DNA of 64,000 nucleotides from Candidatus Roizmanbacteria bacterium RIFCSPHIGHO2_02_FULL_37_13b (lineage in GTDB: Bacteria; Patescibacteriota; Microgenomatia; UBA1406; HO2-37-13b): NCBI GenBank assembly GCA_001789395.1, contig MFZK01000021.1:2114-66113 (forward strand), in the 5' to 3' direction. Both the position numbers and the translations under genes were made by a program. Positions 1 to 8,369 of the stretch are shown one piece after another. Every line of letters begins with the position of its first letter. Positions within the stretch are counted from its first letter, which is position 1. The notes below the pieces were generated by a model, which was not told the DNA's origin, did not search any database, and saw only the letters and a list, made by a program, of their open reading frames with translations.

Positions 1-1905
1 TCGCTTGTTATCTCGACGATATTATCCATAGATCGTCACACCTCTTTTTTTGGTTATTATGGGAGATTTAATGGAGGCTTACTTTCAACAGTTGCATATT
101 TAGTACTTTATTATGGTTTTGTTTCCAATATTGACCTTGATAGACTAAATCTTCTGACAAATAATTTATTACTTAAAATTTCTTTGATTGCATCTTTAAT
201 CGTGATTTTATGGGGTTTGCCAGGTCATTTTGGCTATGATATGAGTTGTTTCGTATTTACCGGAGAATTAAGTAATAACTGTTGGACAAGCCAATTTCGT
301 CCTCATGAAAGGATGTTCTCGACGCTCGGGCAACCAAATTGGCTCGGTGCATATTTAGCCATTAATTTTTTTATCGGGTTATATTTTTTCATACAAAAAT
401 TTCTTAAAAAACAAAATTGGCTGTGGTTCTATATATATTTATTATTAAATTTCGTGGGCATACTTTTTACTCGATCAAGATCGGCTCTCATGGCTCTAAT
501 TGTTGGAATAGTTTTATGTTTTATGTACTTAAGTTTAAAAAAGCAGGTGAATAAAAAACTAATTCTTACGACTTTGATATTGTTCATTTTACCGATCATA
601 TTATTTAAAACAGGGATATCACAAGTTGATAAATACCTATCACTACCGCGTCAAGTCACAAGTAGCGTTTTAAAATCTACTTCAAGTCAGACTGCGATAC
701 CGAATGATTCTTCAGTGACTGAATCTTTTGATATTAGAAAAATTGTTTGGTATGGAGCAATTCAATTAGGATTCAAGTACCCGCTATTTGGGTCGGGTGT
801 TGAAACTTTTGCCTATGCCTATAATTTTGTCAGACCAGCCGCACATAATTTGACATCTGAATGGGATTTCATCTACAACAAAGCGCATAATGAGTATCTT
901 AATTTTTTGGCAACTACTGGTTTTATCGGATTGATATCTTATTTACTGTTGATAATTGGATATTTATTTTTTGTTTTTAGAGCGATTAAAAAACAACAGA
1001 ATTTACTGATCATTTTTTTAACGATTGGTTGGATAACCATTTTGATCACAAACTTTTTTGGGTTCTCAACCACGACGGTTAATATTTATTTTTACCTTAT
1101 ACCGGCCGTTGCCTTCGTTATTACTTTAGACAGTCAGAAGGAGATAATTTATAAGACATTATCATCGATTCAAAAAACATTCTTGATTGTCCCGGTGATT
1201 ATATTCATTTTAGGCACGACTTATATAGTCAATTATTTCTTAGCAGATATAAGTTATGCGGAGGGAGATAATTATTTCAAAATACAGCAATATTCCGCCG
1301 CGGAATCCAAACTGGATCAAGCACTCTCGATGCGTAGTGAACCGGTTTATATGGATAAATTGTCGTCAACTATCGCCAATAAATCCCTATTCGATCTCTC
1401 CTCTGGTCAAACCAATGATAAAAAAGCATTACAGGGGCAAATAAATAATAATTATAAAAAGGCAGTGATGTTTAGCCAACAAGCAATAAACAGTTCTTCA
1501 AGAAATGTTTACTATTGGCGAACGTTTTCAAAAGTTTTGTTTATTTTTTATCAAATAAGTCCGCAAGTGCAGATATATGATCAAGCAATTAAGACATTGG
1601 ATACGGCAATTAATCTTGCTCCAACTGATGCTAAACTTTTTTATACTAAAGCTCTTTTTTATATGTCAAGCGAGGATTCTGACTTAAATAAAGTTAAAAA
1701 TAGTAACGATAATTATGAGAAGGCTCTCATAAATATTGAAAAAGCAATAGAGTTAAAGAAGGATTATCGGGATGTATATCTTCTTAAAGGCACGACGCTT
1801 AATAGATTAGGTCGGAAATCAGAAGCTAAAGTTGTATTTCAATGGATGTTAGAGCAATTTAACCCAAAAGATGAGGAGGTCTTGCACGAATTACAATCCT
1901 TATAG
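1..1905 (+). CDS. O-antigen ligase/Wzy_C-like polytopic membrane protein with C-terminal TPR repeats (5' partial)
   Basis: Frame 1 has no stop from nt 1, so the Met at 184 is internal and the gene starts outside the window. It has many hydrophobic segments. TRSRSALMAL and KAHNEYLNFLATTGFIGL resemble Wzy_C/O-antigen ligase signatures. The C-terminal ~180 aa is TPR-like. Confidence 0.7.
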   Translation, partial: SLVISTILSIDRHTSFFGYYGRFNGGLLSTVAYLVLYYGFVSNIDLDRLNLLTNNLLLKISLIASLIVILWGLPGHFGYDMSCFVFTGELSNNCWTSQFRPHERMFSTLGQPNWLGAYLAINFFIGLYFFIQKFLKKQNWLWFYIYLLLNFVGILFTRSRSALMALIVGIVLCFMYLSLKKQVNKKLILTTLILFILPIILFKTGISQVDKYLSLPRQVTSSVLKSTSSQTAIPNDSSVTESFDIRKIVWYGAIQLGFKYPLFGSGVETFAYAYNFVRPAAHNLTSEWDFIYNKAHNEYLNFLATTGFIGLISYLLLIIGYLFFVFRAIKKQQNLLIIFLTIGWITILITNFFGFSTTTVNIYFYLIPAVAFVITLDSQKEIIYKTLSSIQKTFLIVPVIIFILGTTYIVNYFLADISYAEGDNYFKIQQYSAAESKLDQALSMRSEPVYMDKLSSTIANKSLFDLSSGQTNDKKALQGQINNNYKKAVMFSQQAINSSSRNVYYWRTFSKVLFIFYQISPQVQIYDQAIKTLDTAINLAPTDAKLFYTKALFYMSSEDSDLNKVKNSNDNYEKALINIEKAIELKKDYRDVYLLKGTTLNRLGRKSEAKVVFQWMLEQFNPKDEEVLHELQSL

Positions 1906-3243
1906 TTCTAACCTGTCATTTGAATCGAATTCGAATTTTATCTTCCCGGCGTTAAAAATAATTGATAGTAAAATCAATTGTGCTAGAAAATAATAATTGT
2001 TCATAAACGAATGGTAAAAAAAGTAATTATATACGATGGTTGTTGCAATAAGATAGTCCATAAATGACAATTTTAACGTCAAGATTATGAGCCAAAAAAA
2101 GACTAATAATATGAGACCGTATTTATTAATTAACTCAACATTCATATTGGGAGCAAGATGCCGCATGGCAGCTGGAACCGATAATGCTTGATAATAAGGA
2201 GGAATGAGTACTTTATCAGTAATGGGTGTTGTATTTTGAGAAGCCAATGTTGCAAACTTTTCCGGCAGATATGGAATCAAGATTCGATTTATGAAAGGGG
2301 GAGTTATATTTTTATACATGGCAGAACTTTGATATAGAAAAATAAACGTAAATATAAAAGGAATAAAAAATAAAAAAATTGCTTTAATAGATTGTCGGCG
2401 GACAATTTTTGAAAGTATATGGGGTAGATATATAAAATAATTATGTTTAAAAGAAAAGAAAAGACCGAGGAAAATAAAAGAAAACTTTAATTTTCTATTT
2501 ATGAAAAAGTATATAAATAACAGTAAAAACATTAATAACATAGGTTCTAAATAAGAAAATTCAAGAATATTAAATGTTTGGGGAAAAAAAAGAAAACAAC
2601 TGATTAATAAATTTGAATAACCGTTTTTCTTAAGCAGTTTATATAAAATAAGCGCACTGATTACATTGGCAAATATCAGACCGAATCTAGGGTCGTTAAA
2701 GATAACGACAAAGGGGAATAAATAAATAAGCGATGAGGGCAAATAACCGAGATCGTTACTTGTATTAGGATAAAGCTGGGTGTAATGAATTGCATAGGGA
2801 TCCTTTCCTTGGAATAATGCCATTGGTGATTCTTTCAGAAGGTAATAGACATCAATTTTGGGATCAGGCGAATTGGTAACGACAAATACTGAAATAAATA
2901 TGTAAACAAGCAGTAAGAAAATAATCGAGGTATTTTTCTTCAAAATAAACTGAGATATAAAAATATATCCGGTTAGTCCTAAAACCAATAGCTTTACCAT
3001 GACTCTTGCGTCGATGTTATGAAATATTCCTTGATAAGAAATTGCAGAAAAAAAAAGAATGCCAATAAAAAAGAAAGGGTGGGTTTGATATATCTCGTTC
3101 TTTGACGATTTTCTGATAAAAATAGCCAGAAAATACAATAAGACAATGGTCACTAATATAAAGCCGTAATACGAAAAATATCCCTGCGTTGGCACAAAAG
3201 CGATAAGTAATAACAATAATGGATAAATAGGATTATTAAACAT
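1900..3243 (-). CDS. polytopic membrane protein, putative GT-C-type glycosyltransferase (function uncertain)
   Basis: 447-aa ORF that is almost entirely hydrophobic helices with short loops. It lies between two other glycosyltransferase-like membrane proteins. I recognise no specific family motif. Confidence 0.5.
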   Translation of the reverse strand: MFNNPIYPLLLLLIAFVPTQGYFSYYGFILVTIVLLYFLAIFIRKSSKNEIYQTHPFFFIGILFFSAISYQGIFHNIDARVMVKLLVLGLTGYIFISQFILKKNTSIIFLLLVYIFISVFVVTNSPDPKIDVYYLLKESPMALFQGKDPYAIHYTQLYPNTSNDLGYLPSSLIYLFPFVVIFNDPRFGLIFANVISALILYKLLKKNGYSNLLISCFLFFPQTFNILEFSYLEPMLLMFLLLFIYFFINRKLKFSFIFLGLFFSFKHNYFIYLPHILSKIVRRQSIKAIFLFFIPFIFTFIFLYQSSAMYKNITPPFINRILIPYLPEKFATLASQNTTPITDKVLIPPYYQALSVPAAMRHLAPNMNVELINKYGLILLVFFWLIILTLKLSFMDYLIATTIVYNYFFYHSFMNNYYFLAQLILLSIIFNAGKIKFEFDSNDRLEL

Positions 3244-3249
3244 TGGTAC

Positions 3250-3335
3250 TTATTCCCGCTACGCGAAAACCGATGGGTTATTAACCCGCTTGATGAAGCT
3301 GTCATCGAGACTTTCGCTCCGCGGGATTTCAGCTA
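3250..3335 (-). repeat. structured intergenic element E1 (member of the CGAAGCGAA-core family)
   Basis: Outer stem TCCCGC(3254-3259)/GCGGGA(3321-3326) and inner stem GCGAAA(3263-3268)/TTTCGC(3312-3317). Two apical hairpins: GGGTT..AACCC and GATGA..TCATC. Same architecture and conserved flanks as 5945-6026. Confidence 0.5.
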
Positions 3336-3350
3336 TAAATCTCAATGAAT

Positions 3351-3371
3351 CCGAGGGCTGTTAGCCCTCGG
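3351..3371 (-). terminator. hairpin just downstream of the 3376 gene stop (possible terminator)
   Basis: CCGAGGGCT-gtt-AGCCCTCGG, a 9-bp GC-rich stem starting 5 nt after the stop codon. The U-tract is weak. Confidence 0.4.
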
Positions 3372-3375
3372 AGCT

Positions 3376-5139
3376 TCAATATAATGGTTTGTTTAGCTGT
3401 TTAAACTTATTCATAAATTCTTCTGCATTTTTGCTGTCTTTATAACAATTGGCATAAAGATCAATATATATTTTATAGACCTCTTTTAAATCAACTCGAT
3501 ATTTTTCCGAGGGGCCTAATATTTCTTTTGCTCTATTGCATTGTTTTACTTTTATGAGGCTTTTGGCAAATGCTAAAATATTTATAGTATTATCCGGCCA
3601 TAAATTAAAAGCCTGTTCATATTCACTACTTGAAAATTCATATTGTTTGTCTTTAAATAGGAGTTCCCCAAAGGTCCAATGGCCCAATGAATAAGTTCTA
3701 AGTACGTCAGATAAAAGCAAACTTCTGAATTTAGCTAAAGATCCGGACATTGGTGAATGATATTTATTCCAAAGAAGAATGTTACTGACGATTAATCCTT
3801 TTGCATCAGGCAAAGATTTTCCTTCTGAATAATATTTCCATAAAATACCCATGGGTAACCAGGAAGAATTTTTTGTGTTCAGGGGTTCATTACTATATAT
3901 AGGAAATCTTTCGCTATTAAAAAGTAAGAAATCATGGACAGTGATATCGTAATTACTATTAATTGCGGGTAGTTTTATATTCGGATAAAGTTTGCTTATT
4001 TTCACCTGATATTTAGCATCATTCAGCCGGAGAAAATTGATAAATTTGACGTCACGACGCTGGTGTTGTACCTCTTTTACAAACAGAGAATTGTAAGAAA
4101 TAGTATCACCTTTCAGATTTACTATTGAGTTTTTCTCTACACTATTTAATACGTCAAACCCAAAATTTTCAGCCGTAAAATCCTGTTTTAGAAGAAGAAT
4201 ACGAGGAGAATTATTGATAAAAAGTATTAGACAATAAATTAACAATGATATCGAAAAGGCGGCAGCTCCAGCGATTTTAAGAGTTTTATTGTGAAGTCTA
4301 TTATTTACCAGTCCATTAATTGTTTTAAATCCTAAAAGCAATGCAACTGTTAAGAAAAAGTAAGGTATTAAAAGGTATTTTTCAAAAGTTCCGATTGTAA
4401 AATTAATTGTTAGCGGAAAGGAGGTATAGAAAAAGAAAACAACAAAAATAATAAACTGAATGATAAAAAATTTCTTCATGGCCTCATCCTTCATTTTTAA
4501 TATCGTCACAAAACCGGCAATTATAAAGAATGTGCCAATTATTTTGAAATCAGTCAAAATAAAATTAAAAAAATTGAGTAATGACGTTGTCGCTGCCGAT
4601 AGTGAAAAAAAAGTTGTGCGTGATAATCGGAATATTCCATAATCACTCCGTGCGATCAATCGAAGTAAATCGACTAAATTGCTTGGAAAAGTTGTCTCAA
4701 GGGGTGTTACCGTACCAGCCCTAAAGAGGTAATAAAAATAAGGTGTTCCACCTAAAAAGAATAAAAGGAAGAGTATCAGTCGGTCATGGATCTTTTTAAA
4801 AAAAATAGTCTTTGTCCTGTATAGATAAAAACAAATGCCGGGTATTACCAAAAGTATCAGATAATTGTGAAAAGTTGCAAGTCCTAAGATAAAAAAGAAA
4901 ATACGCATTTGCAGAGCCGTCTTTATATTAGCTCCAAAAGCTAAGTACATTAGAATAGCTAAATATAATATGACCATTGTAATCACCTCAGGAATCGATG
5001 AAAATAGCCATACCGGGTATAGAAAGGAGAAAATAAATGCACCGCATAGCGCTAAATAATCAGACTTAAGTAATTTCCGTAAGGTTAGAAATAGAAAAAT
5101 TCGTGTAATGGCGATTGCAAAAGAAGACAGTAAAGTCAC
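3376..5139 (-). CDS. DUF2723-like GT-C family membrane protein with C-terminal TPR-like region; true N-terminus probably extends to ~5340-5352
   Basis: 587-aa ORF called from a GTG. The same frame stays open upstream to 5361. That upstream stretch encodes ...ICILSSGFLINVFFQSYSIYGGDGGELVTAAYLSSIPHPPGFPLYLLI, which resembles the conserved DUF2723 N-terminal motif (D.GE...HPPGYPLY). Confidence 0.7.
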   Translation of the reverse strand: MTLLSSFAIAITRIFLFLTLRKLLKSDYLALCGAFIFSFLYPVWLFSSIPEVITMVILYLAILMYLAFGANIKTALQMRIFFFILGLATFHNYLILLVIPGICFYLYRTKTIFFKKIHDRLILFLLFFLGGTPYFYYLFRAGTVTPLETTFPSNLVDLLRLIARSDYGIFRLSRTTFFSLSAATTSLLNFFNFILTDFKIIGTFFIIAGFVTILKMKDEAMKKFFIIQFIIFVVFFFYTSFPLTINFTIGTFEKYLLIPYFFLTVALLLGFKTINGLVNNRLHNKTLKIAGAAAFSISLLIYCLILFINNSPRILLLKQDFTAENFGFDVLNSVEKNSIVNLKGDTISYNSLFVKEVQHQRRDVKFINFLRLNDAKYQVKISKLYPNIKLPAINSNYDITVHDFLLFNSERFPIYSNEPLNTKNSSWLPMGILWKYYSEGKSLPDAKGLIVSNILLWNKYHSPMSGSLAKFRSLLLSDVLRTYSLGHWTFGELLFKDKQYEFSSSEYEQAFNLWPDNTINILAFAKSLIKVKQCNRAKEILGPSEKYRVDLKEVYKIYIDLYANCYKDSKNAEEFMNKFKQLNKPLY

Positions 5140-5361
5140 TCTCCATGCGATGCTAGCAAATGGTATAAATTTAACAAAAAACGATGATATTAAAAGATAA
5201 AGTGGGAATCCTGGTGGGTGTGGAATACTTGAAAGATAGGCGGCAGTGACTAGCTCTCCCCCATCTCCACCATATATGCTGTAGCTTTGAAAAAAAACAT
5301 TGATTAAAAAACCACTACTCAGAATACAAATTGTTACAATTCTTTTTAGCAGATTAGTATC

Positions 5362-5883
5362 TTATTGGACACACCAGTAACAGGTTGTTGATGTTCCGCA
5401 GGCTGCTCCCGGGCAGGTCGCATCATCAACACCGTATACATCATATTTTGTATTTGGATCACATCTGAACGACTTAGACGTTGGCTGAAAGCATACCCTA
5501 ATTGAGTCGCTTGTACCCGTTGCAAATACACGTTGAAGATTATTTCCTGCCAAACTTTGGAAATTACTCTTTAATTCTCCCGTAGTCACAATACTGGATA
5601 CTGCAGTAGACATAACAACCGTTGTGAGTGTATCTCCGGATGGTAATGTATCAGCCGTGCATGCTGCATCATCACAGTAAGGCATAAGACTTTTTAAAGC
5701 ATAATAGCGAATGACTGATCCATGGACTTCAGAAACAAGATTTCTGACACTTGTGTCATTTCCTTTTTTAAGCTGTTCAAAAGGATCAAGCGCAGCCAAC
5801 AGTCCAACTGCTAAAGCACCCAAAAGAGCAATTACTATTAAAAGTTCAATCAATGTAAAACCGTGAAGAAATTTTTTTTTCAT
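5362..5883 (-). CDS. type IV pilin (prepilin N-terminal cleavage/methylation motif), probable major pilin
   Basis: MKKKFLHG|FTLIELLIVIALLG is a class III signal peptide. The C-terminus is Cys-rich, and a promoter-like sequence lies upstream of the gene. GC looks higher than in neighbouring genes. Confidence 0.85.
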   Translation of the reverse strand: MKKKFLHGFTLIELLIVIALLGALAVGLLAALDPFEQLKKGNDTSVRNLVSEVHGSVIRYYALKSLMPYCDDAACTADTLPSGDTLTTVVMSTAVSSIVTTGELKSNFQSLAGNNLQRVFATGTSDSIRVCFQPTSKSFRCDPNTKYDVYGVDDATCPGAACGTSTTCYWCVQ

Positions 5884-5907
5884 AAGATTTTTTTAACTTA
5901 CATTTTA

Positions 5908-5937
5908 ATAATAATAACTTGCAGTTGGGTTTGTCAA
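5908..5937 (-). promoter_or_regulatory. sigma70-like promoter for the major pilin gene
   Basis: On the minus strand, TTGACA (5937-5932), an 18-nt spacer, then TATTAT (5913-5908), ~25 nt upstream of the ATG at 5883. Confidence 0.5.
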
Positions 5938-5944
5938 GGGCAAT

Positions 5945-6026
5945 TTTCAATCCTCCTTCGCGAAAATCTTGATCATCAGATTGCAAGACTTAAAAACCAT
6001 TTTTCGCTTCGGCAGGATTTCGGCTC
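5945..6026 (-). repeat. structured intergenic element E2 (member of the CGAAGCGAA-core family)
   Basis: Outer stem AATCCT(5949-5954)/AGGATT(6014-6019) and inner stem GCGAAAA(5960-5966)/TTTTCGC(6001-6007). Conserved CGCGAAAA, AGACTT, TTCGCT and GGATTTC.GCT blocks are shared with 3250-3335. Confidence 0.5.
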
Positions 6027-6071
6027 TTTTGATAAAAGTAAAATGTGTCCCGGTGTCTATTGGCAGGAGCC

Positions 6072-7271
6072 TCAAAATGCATTAGTTAGGTTGTAGATAG
6101 GCGTTATCACCGAAAAGACAATAAATCCGACACCAATAGCTAATACTACTAATATCACAGGTTCAATCATAGTGGTCAATGCTTTGATCGCCAGTTCTGA
6201 TTCCATTTCAAAAAAAACCGACATTTTAAATAAGACTTCATCCAAATGGCCAGTTTGCTCACCTACCGTGGTCATTTGCACCAATATTGGCGGAAAGAGC
6301 TCCAGTTGCCCCATACTTTTTCCCAAAGAATCCCCTTTTTCGACACGGTTTTTAATCGTGGCAAATGCGTCCTGAAAAACCAGATTGCTGGACGTTTCTA
6401 CAGCGATAGATAACGCCTCAATAATAGATACTCCTGATTTCATCAGTATTGAGAGAGTTCGAGTCGTATCAACCAATGCCGACATTTTTATGATCTTATT
6501 AAAAAGCGGTATTTTTAATATTAATCTATCAAACAATTTCTTACCTCGTTTAGTGTGAAGAATCCTTTTCGTCAAAACTACTGCACCAAATATAATTATT
6601 ATGACAAGCGGCCAAGCACGCTGGAAAAAAGAAGAAATTACAATTAGAATTTTGGTGGTTATCGGTAAATCTATATCAAAATCTTTATACAATTCGAGTA
6701 ATTTTGGGATGACAAAGGTTATCATAACAAATATGACTCCAATCATCCCGATAATAATTATCACCGGATATATTAATGCTCCTTTTATCTTAGCTTTAAA
6801 TGTGCGCTGCTTTTCGAGCTGATCTGCTAGGCGGACAAGTATTTCATCAAGTTTGCCAGATGCCTCACCAGACTTGACCAATGCAATATAGAGGTTGTTA
6901 AAGTGATGCGGATATTGACTCATCGCTAAGGATAAACTGTTTCCTGCTCTAATGCTGTCATCTAAACTATTGATAAGCCTGAGCATTGCCGGATTAGTCG
7001 TCTGCTTTTTTAAAATATCTAAGGCATCGATTATCGTCAATCCGGCATTAAACATAATCGCGAGTTGACGAGTAAAATCGACAATATCTGAATGACCAAC
7101 GCTTGCGAAATATTTATTCTGCATCTCATTGAATAAATTTTTATGCTCAAATATATCAACAATGAGGTAATTTTTTGCTTTGAGATATTCTATCAACTTT
7201 TGTTTGTTATCAGCCTCTATGTTTGCTTTAATCAGGACATTGTTTTTCAGAGCCTTATAGGTGAATTTCAT
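6072..7271 (-). CDS. pilC: type IV pilus platform protein PilC (GspF family)
   Basis: 399 aa with a duplicated GspF-like domain and three TM regions. It sits adjacent to the pilT and pilB ATPases. Confidence 0.85.
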   Translation of the reverse strand: MKFTYKALKNNVLIKANIEADNKQKLIEYLKAKNYLIVDIFEHKNLFNEMQNKYFASVGHSDIVDFTRQLAIMFNAGLTIIDALDILKKQTTNPAMLRLINSLDDSIRAGNSLSLAMSQYPHHFNNLYIALVKSGEASGKLDEILVRLADQLEKQRTFKAKIKGALIYPVIIIIGMIGVIFVMITFVIPKLLELYKDFDIDLPITTKILIVISSFFQRAWPLVIIIIFGAVVLTKRILHTKRGKKLFDRLILKIPLFNKIIKMSALVDTTRTLSILMKSGVSIIEALSIAVETSSNLVFQDAFATIKNRVEKGDSLGKSMGQLELFPPILVQMTTVGEQTGHLDEVLFKMSVFFEMESELAIKALTTMIEPVILVVLAIGVGFIVFSVITPIYNLTNAF

Positions 7272-7292
7272 AAGATTAAACAGAGAAACTTA

Positions 7293-8345
7293 TTAACCAA
7301 CTAGTTTTTTCATCTCTGCTTGTCTGATCGAATACGCAAGCGCGACATCTTTACTGATTTTTCCTTGAGTATAAAGACCATATAAATCCTTCTCAAAATA
7401 AATCATACCCTCGTTGGCTGAAGTTTGAATTACATTGTCGATCAAATGAGTTTTTCCTTCTCTAATTATGGAAGCAACAGCCGATGTATTGAGAAGTATC
7501 TCACATACTGGTAGACGACCATCATTACTTATATTAGGAACTAATCTTTGTGTCACAACAGCTTTTAAGACTGATGATAATTGAATCTTTACTTGACCTT
7601 GCTGATGGGCAGGGAAAACATCGATAATCCGGTCAATGGTTTGTGCTGCCGAATTGGTATGAACCGTAGAAAAAACCAAGTGACCAGTCTCAGCAATAGT
7701 TAAAGCAGCTTGAATTGTCTCATAATCCCGCATTTCTCCAATTAAGACTACATCCGGATCTTCTCGCAGAGCCGATTTTAATGCAATGGTCCAAGTATGA
7801 GTATCTTGTCCAATTTCACGTTGTGAAATTACTGATTTAATCGGTGGATAGATATATTCAATTGGATCCTCAATGGTCAATATGTGTTTTGAATATTTAG
7901 TATTTACTTCATTAATTATCGAAGCAAGAGAAGTTGATTTTCCCTCTCCGGTCGGGCCTGTCACCAAAATAAAACCTTGTTTTAAATCTATAAATTGATG
8001 CAATATTGTTGGTAAACCCAATTCTTCGATGGTCTTAATTTTCTCAGGAATTAGTCGAAATGATGCTGCTACTGCACCTTTGACATAGTACATGTTTATT
8101 CTGAAGCGATGGTTGAGGAAGTTATAGCCAAAATCCAGTTCTCTATCTACGTGAAGCTTTTCTTTATGTTCATCATTCAAAATAGTAAGTAGCATGGCTT
8201 CGCTTGTTTGATTATCAATGATAGAAAGAGTTCGGAGTTGTATTAAATCACCATTGACTCGAATCGTCGGATAATATTGAGGAATTATATGAAGATCAGA
8301 TGCTGCTCTTTCAATCGTTAATTTTAATAGTTGGCTTATGTCCAT
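7293..8345 (-). CDS. pilT: twitching-motility retraction ATPase PilT
   Basis: 350 aa with Walker A GPTGEGKST. It has typical PilT length and lacks the N-terminal T2SSE_N domain. Confidence 0.85.
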   Translation of the reverse strand: MDISQLLKLTIERAASDLHIIPQYYPTIRVNGDLIQLRTLSIIDNQTSEAMLLTILNDEHKEKLHVDRELDFGYNFLNHRFRINMYYVKGAVAASFRLIPEKIKTIEELGLPTILHQFIDLKQGFILVTGPTGEGKSTSLASIINEVNTKYSKHILTIEDPIEYIYPPIKSVISQREIGQDTHTWTIALKSALREDPDVVLIGEMRDYETIQAALTIAETGHLVFSTVHTNSAAQTIDRIIDVFPAHQQGQVKIQLSSVLKAVVTQRLVPNISNDGRLPVCEILLNTSAVASIIREGKTHLIDNVIQTSANEGMIYFEKDLYGLYTQGKISKDVALAYSIRQAEMKKLVG

Positions 8346-8369
8346 ACTTTAATAATAAATAAAAATAAA

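Noticed and set aside
5872-5880. The A9 run immediately after the major-pilin ATG (and the A8 run at 11245-11252 in the second prepilin) as a phase-variation tract.
   Set aside because: The runs simply encode the Lys-rich prepilin leader (MKKK). Homopolymeric A/T runs of this length are frequent throughout this AT-rich window. A single sequence cannot show length variation.
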